The translations under genes and the position numbers were made by a program. A DNA stretch of 64,000 nt from NCBI GenBank assembly GCA_018396635.1, contig JAGTQE010000005.1, positions 11,325-75,324 of the forward strand, written 5' to 3'. Below the pieces are notes generated by a model that was given only the letters and a program-made list of their open reading frames with translations, was not told the origin of the DNA and ran no database searches. This stretch comes from Candidatus Bathyarchaeota archaeon. GTDB lineage: Archaea > Thermoproteota > Bathyarchaeia > Bathyarchaeales > DTEX01. Of the stretch, positions 47,816 to 55,345 are shown piece after piece. Position 1 is the stretch's first letter. Every line of letters begins with the position of its first letter.

Positions 47816-47837
47816 ATTCCCCGCCGCTGTTTTGGCT
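47816..47837 (-). other. tRNA-Ser intron 1 (22 nt, D-loop, after position 15)
   Basis: Removal gives the canonical D-loop TAGCCGGTAG (A14 G15 CC G18 G19 T A21) between the TCC/GGA stems. There is a BHB-like fold: 4-bp helix TCCT/GGGA, 3-nt bulges AGA and ATC, and inner helix GCC/GGC. Boundaries were set by hand. Confidence 0.5.
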
Positions 47838-47880
47838 CTAGGAGACCCCGGCTCCAAGATATATCTTTATTTGTGTTAGT

Positions 47881-47889
47881 CTATTTAAA
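47881..47889 (-). promoter_or_regulatory. TATA-like box for tRNA-Ser
   Basis: TTTAAATAG on the minus strand lies 29-37 nt upstream of the tRNA 5' end. Confidence 0.4.
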
Positions 47890-47898
47890 CTGTTTGAT

Positions 47899-48923
47899 TT
47901 ATTTCCAGAGTTTAGGATATGTTCCTCTGGGCATTAGGACCCTGTCTGTTCTAACCATTATTCCGTGGGTGGCTTTCAGGATTTCCTCCGTGCTTGCTAT
48001 GGCCGTTCCGAGGGCTACTGCCTCACCCTTCAGTGTGAATATGGCGACTTTATCGGAGGGCTTTATTCCAGACTCCACATGCGTTATTCCGGGAGCAGTT
48101 AAGTGTGCGCCGTGACAAACAGCGTCTACGGCTGAGTCTCTAATGAAGATTTTAGGCATGAAGTCAAGGGCTCTCTCCATTGGAAGAATAAATTTCCTGA
48201 GTATCTTTATGTCATTTGTCTCAAGCCACTTATTGTAAAGGTATAATGTATCGTGTAACGTAACTATATTATTCTCAGTGAATGGGCCGGCTCTTATTCT
48301 GCGCAGCTCATGCATATGTGCGCCGCAACCTAAAGCTCTGCCTATGTCAAATACGAGCTTCCTAATGTATGTTCCAGCCTCGCATCCAACCTTAAACAGG
48401 ATGTTTCTGCCCTCTATCTCCAATATGTCTAAGTAATAGATTGTTCTTGTGCGCAGAACTTTCTTTACTGATGCCCTAGCTGGTGGCCTCTGATAAATTT
48501 TGCCCTTAAACTCATCGAATACTTCCCTAATTCTCCTCTCTGACATATCCTTATGGAGCTTCATCACACCAACATACTCTTTGCCAGCTATTAGTAATGC
48601 TTGTATAACCTTGGTTGCCTCCTCTAGGGCTATGGGCAGAACGCCGGTCACTTTGGGATCTCCACGCCAATAATCTAAGCTAGGGGCTGTAAGGGCTCTA
48701 GGGTCCCTCCGTGACCGGCATGCTCAATATTTAGTATGCGTTTAACCCATGCTGTAACCTCATGGCTTGATGGACCTGGCGGCTTGTCCAAGTTTATTAT
48801 GCCGAATTTTATTATGTCTGGGTATGGGCGTTCCTCAGGCTTACATCCATACCGTGGGTCTGTCTCATCATCAGACTTTGTTAGCAGCTCCCGCTTTACA
48901 TCCCATGGGGCCTTTTCCTGCAT
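47899..48923 (-). CDS. cbf5: tRNA/rRNA pseudouridine synthase Cbf5 (H/ACA RNP catalytic subunit), interrupted by a 38-nt intron
   Basis: Two track ORFs (48675..48923 and 47899..48651) end and begin inside the TruB motif. Exon 1 ends ...IEHAGHGGTL and exon 2 begins DPKVTGVLPIALEEATK. Joining 48698|48659 gives 328 aa with a C-terminal PUA-like region. The gene is next to rpl14e. Confidence 0.85.
48660..48697 (-). other. BHB-like intron within cbf5 pre-mRNA
   Basis: The 38 nt (not a multiple of 3) contain an in-frame TAG, and GA is repeated at both junctions. The fold has outer helices GGTCAC/GTGACC and GGGA/TCCC, 3-nt bulges AGA/AGA around the central helix CCCT/GTGG (one mismatch), and inner helix GCC/GGC. 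Confidence 0.7.
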
Positions 48924-48945
48924 TCTATCCCACCATTAGAATAAT

Positions 48946-49242
48946 TTAAGTCTGGGCTTTTGCTTCCCTAACCTCCTTAACCTGCATATATTCCTCGAGC
49001 ATTCCAGATTCGACTAGAGCTTTATAAACCTCCTCATCAGACGCCCCTCTTCTTACCTTCAGAACCTTCTCCGTTGGTTTTAGATGGTTTATGTTGACGC
49101 GTCTCCGCCTAACTCCAGTAACATTTTTTGGGCCGGTAATAAGTACAAAATTTTTATCTATTATGTCGAGTATTACGCATCGCCTGCCAGACTCCCTACC
49201 TCTAACCTTAACGCAGACCCTGCCAATCTCTATTGCCGGCAT
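48946..49242 (-). CDS. rpl14e: 50S ribosomal protein L14e
   Basis: 98 aa with the KOW-like N-terminus MPAIEIGRVCVKVRGRESGRRCVILDIID. It has the conserved neighbourhood with cbf5. Confidence 0.85.
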   Translation of the reverse strand: MPAIEIGRVCVKVRGRESGRRCVILDIIDKNFVLITGPKNVTGVRRRRVNINHLKPTEKVLKVRRGASDEEVYKALVESGMLEEYMQVKEVREAKAQT

Positions 49243-49295
49243 TTAACATCACCAACCTTCCCTCTTCTTTCAAGTAAACTCTGACTTATATTCGT

Positions 49296-50156
49296 TTATC
49301 TAAGCCTAGGCGATTTTACGGGTTTCTCCATTAAGAGCCTTTTTTCTCCGCGAGTCCCATCCCTGAAGTGTGGTTTTCTGAGAACTGAATCGCCACTCTT
49401 TTCGATTTCTCTAACTTCGTCTGCTAGTCTAGCGGCTACCCTCATAATTTCATGTGCTGCTGCGACCAGCGGGATATATTCTTCAGGCTCATGTAGCTTA
49501 AAACAAGCCTCAAAAGTTATGTTAGAAACTTGCTTGGCGAGCTCATATGCCGCTATAGCTTTGGCCTTAGCGTAGGGGTTCGAGAGGCCCGCTGCTTCAA
49601 CTGCCCGCCTACTGTCAACTATTAATTTCGGTAATGGAGGCTTCTCGCCATATTTTATGGCATTAATAGCCTTATCCAGCTCTTCGACAATAATATTTAG
49701 TACTCCTGTCACAGCTAAGACCCTTATAATGTCAGAGTTATATAGAGCCATCTCAACGGGGTCGAGAAACTCTCTCCTCGCACCTATCATTGAGTCTGCT
49801 TCAACAATTATGTATCCAAAACCATATTCTTCAAGCTCTTTAATAATTCTCCTTGCTGGGCTATCCGATATTACTATAACAGGCTTGTTAGAAGATCTAA
49901 GAATCTTGCGCGCTTCAGCCGGTCCTTGAGTTGTCTGCGCCGGCCCAATAAATATTATTAAGTCGATATTCATCTTCAGAATATATTCCGCCCCCTCAAT
50001 GCAAGCTTCTGGAGTGACCTTAGAGCCGGAGCCGACAACCTTAACTTGAATATCTTCCCTATCAGCCCTTTCATCGAGAATGAACTCCAGTAGCGGTAAA
50101 GAGCCTAAGCAGCCAGCTTTTAACACTCCAATTTTAACGACTTCGCTCATACTCAT
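49296..50156 (-). CDS. mtd: F420-dependent methylenetetrahydromethanopterin dehydrogenase
   Basis: It aligns along its whole length with remembered methanogen Mtd: VKIGVLKAGCLGS..LDERADRED..VVGSGSK; GARREFLDPVEMALYN; NPYAKAKAIAA; and PLVAAAHEIMR. Confidence 0.85.
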   Translation of the reverse strand: MSMSEVVKIGVLKAGCLGSLPLLEFILDERADREDIQVKVVGSGSKVTPEACIEGAEYILKMNIDLIIFIGPAQTTQGPAEARKILRSSNKPVIVISDSPARRIIKELEEYGFGYIIVEADSMIGARREFLDPVEMALYNSDIIRVLAVTGVLNIIVEELDKAINAIKYGEKPPLPKLIVDSRRAVEAAGLSNPYAKAKAIAAYELAKQVSNITFEACFKLHEPEEYIPLVAAAHEIMRVAARLADEVREIEKSGDSVLRKPHFRDGTRGEKRLLMEKPVKSPRLR

Positions 50157-50288
50157 TCACCACAATGTTAATAATGATGCCATTAATGCTACAGGCCTAT
50201 TCCTATTAATATTTTTCTTAAACTATAACGCTTCTATGAAACACGCTTAAGTTACAGAAAGCATCTCCTAAATATGGAGACAATAGTT

Positions 50289-51308
50289 TTAGACTATTTT
50301 TGGTGACGAAAATTTTGACATGCCCCTTTTTCTCAGCACAGTTATTAGATCGTTTAATATTGCTGAAATAGTTTCTTTCCCGGCTCCATAACCTACAAGG
50401 GTTATCTCTCTTGCTAAGTCCGTCTCGATATGAATTGCATTCAATGTTCCATGTACGCATATTGGGTGATTTATTGGAACCAGTTTGGGTGCAACCTCGA
50501 GCCCCCTATCTATTGTGCCGATTAGCTTTATTGCGTAATTCGCCCTCTTCGCTAAGCTTATAGCCTCCTGAGTTATGCCACGTATGCCAACTATTCTGAC
50601 GTCATTCAGTCTCGCTTCTCGCCCCATGAGGGCGTTCGCCAAAATAACTAACTTACAGGCAGCGTCTATGCCGTCTATATCGTAGGACGGATCTCTCTCC
50701 GCTATACCCTTCTCTTGAGCCTCTTTAAGGGCGATTTCAAAGCTAATCTCCTCAAAGAACATTCTGGAGAGAATGTAATTTGTTGTCCCATTTAGAATGC
50801 CTGATAACCTGACTATTTTATCGCCTTGCAGACACTCTCTAACCAGGGAGAACACAGGGATCGCCCCAGCGACAGCACCTTCATAGAGTAGGGCACATTC
50901 ATTTCTCTCCGCTAAGTTCATAAGCTCCCTAAATGCCAAGACAAGTGGACCTTTATTGGGTGTAATAACGTGTATACCCCTACTTAATGCAAGCCTAATG
51001 TGCGTCAGACCCGGTTCACCATCCTTGATGTTTGTTGGTGTTGCCTCAACCATTATGTCGCATAAATTCTGGCCGAGTAGATCTAAAGCTGTTCCACCAA
51101 GCTTATAGTCTCTATGCTCTGAGAGCCTAGTAATCTTGTTAAGATCATCAATATCTATACCCTTACCATTATATAGGTAGCCTTTACTATCCACGATACC
51201 AACGACCTTAAAATCCCTATCAATGCTCCTCAGAAAGCTCATCTTATCCCTTAAAGCCTTAACGAGCTCTCTTCCAATGAAGCCGAACCCAACTATTAAG
51301 AGCCTCAT
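50289..51308 (-). CDS. hom: homoserine dehydrogenase
   Basis: It has the NAD fold MRLLIVGFGFIGREL, central LYEGAVAGAIP and GILNGTTNYIL motifs. Confidence 0.85.
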   Translation of the reverse strand: MRLLIVGFGFIGRELVKALRDKMSFLRSIDRDFKVVGIVDSKGYLYNGKGIDIDDLNKITRLSEHRDYKLGGTALDLLGQNLCDIMVEATPTNIKDGEPGLTHIRLALSRGIHVITPNKGPLVLAFRELMNLAERNECALLYEGAVAGAIPVFSLVRECLQGDKIVRLSGILNGTTNYILSRMFFEEISFEIALKEAQEKGIAERDPSYDIDGIDAACKLVILANALMGREARLNDVRIVGIRGITQEAISLAKRANYAIKLIGTIDRGLEVAPKLVPINHPICVHGTLNAIHIETDLAREITLVGYGAGKETISAILNDLITVLRKRGMSKFSSPKIV

Positions 51309-51340
51309 CCATTCTTCTCCTGCGCTTCAGTCTTTTAGTT

Positions 51341-51817
51341 TCAGGCGTATATTGGCGCTATTAATAGCGCATTCTGATCTTCAGCTAATCTCCTGAGATG
51401 GTCTACGAGAATATTAACAGCTTCTGCATGGGTTTCAACATCAAGTTTAATTGAAACTTTATTCAGACTCGGTGTTAAGATTTCTAAGCCTATTATTTCC
51501 ACCCCCTCAATTCTCGACTCAATAATCTTCTTCAAATCCGTAATTCCAATTAATATAAATGTCAGCCTAACCTTCTCCACAACCTCCTCAGACTTTATCA
51601 CCGCTATACCAAGATTCTTTAGCTCGTTTATCGCGTTCCTAAAGTTTTGTCGAGATGGAAAATCAACAACTAAGCTTACTGGAACATACCCTTCAACAGG
51701 CTTATCCCTCTCATGTATAATTGATATTATGTTTCCACCATTCTTTGCAATGGGTTCTAGGGCCCTAAGTAGCTGACCCGGCTTATCTGCGAGTGCAAGG
51801 GTCATATCAAACTTCAA
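51341..51817 (-). CDS. ACT-domain regulatory protein
   Basis: 158 aa with two beta-alpha-beta-beta-alpha-beta-like halves (LALADKPGQLLRALEPI...). It is directly upstream of hom, as in many archaea. Confidence 0.6.
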   Translation of the reverse strand: MKFDMTLALADKPGQLLRALEPIAKNGGNIISIIHERDKPVEGYVPVSLVVDFPSRQNFRNAINELKNLGIAVIKSEEVVEKVRLTFILIGITDLKKIIESRIEGVEIIGLEILTPSLNKVSIKLDVETHAEAVNILVDHLRRLAEDQNALLIAPIYA

Positions 51818-51852
51818 GGGCTATCACATCCATGCTGAGCAAGCGCATAAAC

Positions 51853-53544
51853 TTATAGTTCTGGAGATGGGCTCCTGAAGGTCCCGCCAGTATCTGCTGA
51901 TTGAACAAAATACCAGTATCTCCTTAAGTATCCCTTAAAAATCTTTGGAGGCCTAGGCTTCCATGAAGATAGGCGCTGCTTGATTTCCTCATCGCTTAAC
52001 TCGACATCCAGTCTCCTTGCAGGTATATCGATGCTTACAATATCTCCATCTTTTAGGGAAGCTATTGGGCCCCCTTCAGCCGCCTCTGGTGAAACGTGGC
52101 CTATACATGGCCCCCTAGTTGCGCCTGAGAACCTACCATCGGTTATCAGCGCAACTGAGTTACTTAAACCCATACCGGCTATAGCCGCTGTTGGTGAAAG
52201 CATCTCACGCATTCCAGGCCCACCCTTAGGCCCCTCATATCTTATGACGATCACATCACCACTATTAATTTCACGATTTAGAATAGCCTTCATAGCATCT
52301 TCCTCTGAATCAAATACTCTAGCCGGACCCCTATGAACTAGCATTCGTGGCGATATAGCTGTTGTCTTGGTCACAGCGCCCTTTGGCGCTAGGTTACCGA
52401 ATAAAACCGCTATACCTCCCTCCCTATGTACTGGATTATCTAAGGGTCTAATGACTTCCGTGTCATATATTATAGCGTCCTTTATATTCTCGCCTACTGT
52501 CTTCCCAGTTACCGTTAATGCATCTAAATGTAGCCTTTCACCTAAAGTCTTCATAACTGCTGGTATACCGCCAGCAGCATCGAGCTCCTCCATATCATAT
52601 GGACCGCTAGGTCTCATGTCACATATATGTGGGACTCTCCTAGCGATCTCATCGAACGTTCTAAGCGGCAACTCTACGCCAGCCTCTTCAGCAATAGCCT
52701 TAACGTGCAGGACAGCGTTTGTGGATCCTCCCAGCGCCATGTCAACTGCTATGGCGTTCTCGAAAGCCTTTCGGGTTAAGATTTCTGAGGGCTTAAGATC
52801 CTCCTTAACCATCTCAACTATCCTCTCGCCACTCTTCTTGGCTATACGAAGCTTCTTGGATGACACTGCCAGAGCTGTTGCGCATCCAGGAAGCGATAGG
52901 CCAAGCGCTTCGGCTACGCATGCCATTGTATTGGCAGTGTACATGCCATTACATGAGCCGCAGCTGGGGAAAGCGTAATCCTCTAGGACCTTTAACCCCT
53001 CTAAACTTATTTTTCCAGCTGAGTACTCACCTATAGCTTCAAATATTGCTGTTACGTCAACACGCCTGCGCCCATATCTGCCCGAAAGCATCGGGCCACC
53101 GGTCACAACTATCGCCGGAACATTTAGTCTTGCAGCCGCCATAATCATGCCCGGAGTTATCTTATCGCAGTTGGTTAATAGGACTAGGCCGTCGAAGTGA
53201 TATGCTTCAGCCATGACCTCAATTGAGTCTGCAATGAGCTCTCTGGAGGGAAGCGAGTAATGCATGCCCTTATGCCCCATAGCCAATCCATCACATATTG
53301 CTATGGTATTAAACTCAAATGGAACACCGCCAGCTGCCCTAACACCAGCCTTAACGTACTGGACGAGCTTATCTAGGTGCATATGGCCCGGAACAAGATC
53401 CGTAAAGCTATTTGCTATGCCGATAAATGGCTTGCTGAAATCCTCATCTGTAACACCTAGACATTTCCAAATGGCCCTATGCGGGGCCCTCTCAACACCA
53501 AACTTAACGACATCGCTCCTCAAATCCACTAAGCCCCGCCACAT
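51853..53544 (-). CDS. ilvD: dihydroxy-acid dehydratase
   Basis: Motifs [26 protein letters not shown] and GGSTNAVLH. Confidence 0.92.
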   Translation of the reverse strand: MWRGLVDLRSDVVKFGVERAPHRAIWKCLGVTDEDFSKPFIGIANSFTDLVPGHMHLDKLVQYVKAGVRAAGGVPFEFNTIAICDGLAMGHKGMHYSLPSRELIADSIEVMAEAYHFDGLVLLTNCDKITPGMIMAAARLNVPAIVVTGGPMLSGRYGRRRVDVTAIFEAIGEYSAGKISLEGLKVLEDYAFPSCGSCNGMYTANTMACVAEALGLSLPGCATALAVSSKKLRIAKKSGERIVEMVKEDLKPSEILTRKAFENAIAVDMALGGSTNAVLHVKAIAEEAGVELPLRTFDEIARRVPHICDMRPSGPYDMEELDAAGGIPAVMKTLGERLHLDALTVTGKTVGENIKDAIIYDTEVIRPLDNPVHREGGIAVLFGNLAPKGAVTKTTAISPRMLVHRGPARVFDSEEDAMKAILNREINSGDVIVIRYEGPKGGPGMREMLSPTAAIAGMGLSNSVALITDGRFSGATRGPCIGHVSPEAAEGGPIASLKDGDIVSIDIPARRLDVELSDEEIKQRLSSWKPRPPKIFKGYLRRYWYFVQSADTGGTFRSPSPEL

Positions 53545-53622
53545 TTAACAAATATTTACTTTATAAGCCGCTGATGTTAATAAAGTCTTTGCGGAACATG
53601 ATTTAAAGGCAATATTTTTCCA

Positions 53623-54792
53623 TCACTCAACCCATCCGCAAACCTTCCTAAGGAGATTCAAGAAATATTGGAAGTTTTCGAAAGAAACGTCTGGTGGAAC
53701 GGCGTGATCGACGCCGGGGAAATAGCCGCCAGACTTTATTACTGGTGAAACTCTACTGACCTCTTGGTCTATGTCCCCCTTTGAGGATGCGAGCTTTCTC
53801 TTGTCGATGCCGCCCATCATTATAAGTTTAGGGTATTTACGCCTAAGAATATTGACGTCCATGCCTGCGGCAACTTCACATGGCGTTATCCCATTAACCC
53901 CTGTTTCCAGGAGATCTGGCAGGAGCGGCTCAAGGTTACCATCACTGTCAACGAAGATCACTTTGACGCCATTGCTTTTAAGGAAATCTATAATCTCTCT
54001 GTATGTCGGTGAGAGACGATCCCTGAAAAGCGCTGGTGAAATCATGGGCCCATGCTTATAAGCCATGTCCTCGTTCAGTATAACGTAGTCTACTTCCACT
54101 TCCTCTAGGGCTCTCTCCAGGGTTTTTGAGTGGAACTCGACGTATAGGTCTAGGATGTCATGAATTAAATCCTTCTCTTTAAAGAATGAGATCAGCGTTC
54201 TCTCAAGCCCCATCATGTCTCTAATCCACCAGAATGGGCCGCTGAAGCTCATGCTCACTAAATAGGCCCTGCCCCTCTCGTTAAGTCTTTTTGCCATTTC
54301 CCGCCATTTCGGCGGGTATCTCTCAGGCGAGTTGGGGTTATAGCGCTTTCTAATATTCTCAAAGTCGCTTCTCGTCTTAACTGGGAAATCAATAAATGTT
54401 CTTGTTGCGAAGCCGCTCCAGCCATCCTTCCAATCCTCTTGGAAGCCTATCTGCGTTACACCTAAACTATCTATCCAGATGCGGTACCGCTCATCCTCCC
54501 TAAGAACCCTATATTCGAATGGCGGTATGGGGCCTAAGTTCACTAGCGTTTCACTGGGCTCCCACTTAAATCCTTCGGAGGGGTGGGAGATTATATTAAC
54601 GGAGTTCAGGCCGTAAACATCGAACCTAAAGTATTTTGAAGCGCTAAGACCGTATGGCAATCCTTCACTCCACCAGCGCTTAAGGGTTGCCGGCCTAATC
54701 TCCCATAGGGAGAGCGGAATCTTATCCGGTTTTCCAAAGAACGCAACTTCGAAAAACCTCTCTCTAACAGATAATCTTCGCTCTAGACTCAT
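53623..54792 (-). CDS. uroporphyrinogen decarboxylase (URO-D) family protein, MtaA/CmuA-like
   Basis: 389 aa. The region DYVILNEDMAYKHGPMISPALFRDRLSPTYREIIDFLKSNGVKVIFVDSDGNLEPLLPDLLETGVNGITPCE is typical of URO-D-like methyltransferase/decarboxylase barrels. Confidence 0.65.
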   Translation of the reverse strand: MSLERRLSVRERFFEVAFFGKPDKIPLSLWEIRPATLKRWWSEGLPYGLSASKYFRFDVYGLNSVNIISHPSEGFKWEPSETLVNLGPIPPFEYRVLREDERYRIWIDSLGVTQIGFQEDWKDGWSGFATRTFIDFPVKTRSDFENIRKRYNPNSPERYPPKWREMAKRLNERGRAYLVSMSFSGPFWWIRDMMGLERTLISFFKEKDLIHDILDLYVEFHSKTLERALEEVEVDYVILNEDMAYKHGPMISPALFRDRLSPTYREIIDFLKSNGVKVIFVDSDGNLEPLLPDLLETGVNGITPCEVAAGMDVNILRRKYPKLIMMGGIDKRKLASSKGDIDQEVSRVSPVIKSGGYFPGVDHAVPPDVSFENFQYFLNLLRKVCGWVE

Positions 54793-55345
54793 AGCGCTCC
54801 TCTCTGATGAGGAAGAAGCTAAAAATAAAACTGAAGTTAGTTACGTATATGTTTTATTGCAAGCCTACGTTTTTATCATAGCATAAGCCGCTGTGAACAT
54901 TAGGTACGGCTCAAATATTGATGAATTATTCTCAGTGGCAGTCACTATTGTTCCGCCGACTGGCGGCGGATAGTTAGCGAAATTATTGCCAAATGAAACC
55001 TTATTCTCTTACTCTTTGTTCCCATTACGCTTCCAAAAGCCCTCAGAGCGGCTGAATTGGGCGAATATATTTCCACTGGCTTCAAGACCTATGCTTATTC
55101 GCGTTGTGGGCCTCATCATCACCCGTCTCGGGGAAATATATTTCGCCTGAAGGAGCAGTTAACACCATAGAGGAGAACTGCAACAAGAAGGATTAGCAGC
55201 GTTAAAGCTACAATGAGCCTTATCTTCCTCAGCTTTGATCACAAAACATTAGGTAGGTTTGCTCAGCAGAATATGCGATGGTCTCGGGAACCGAAAGGCT
55301 TTTATATTAATCGCCAATATTTGCTTGTTTTGAGGTTGCCGTAAA

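Larger units (their letters stand above)
47695..47852 (-). tRNA. tRNA-Ser(GGA), class II, CCA encoded, interrupted by three introns
   Basis: The acceptor is GCCGGGG/CCCCGGC with discriminator G and CCA. The T arm is GTGGG-TTCAAAT-CCCAC, and the long variable arm is GGCCCA-ATC-TGGGCC. The anticodon stem CAGGC/GCCTG carries a CTGGAG..A loop. The gene is 158 nt against about 89 nt for the mature tRNA. Confidence 0.8.

Noticed and set aside
47694-47879. A 61-aa + strand ORF in the track.
   Set aside because: It lies entirely on the opposite strand of the tRNA-Ser gene and its promoter, so it is not coding.
50218-50460. An 80-aa minus-strand ORF lies between mtd and hom.
   Set aside because: It overlaps the 3' end of hom out of frame and has no motif. 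It is likely spurious.
54805-54834. TGATGA ... CTGA lies just upstream of the URO-D-family gene. An ATGATGA sits at 23905..23911(-), and GTGATGATGA is read on the minus strand of 55113..55122. All were considered as C/D box sRNAs.
   Set aside because: None has the C / D' / C' / D arrangement with ~12-nt guides or a terminal stem. The spacings of 20, 24 and 66 nt are incompatible with archaeal C/D sRNAs.
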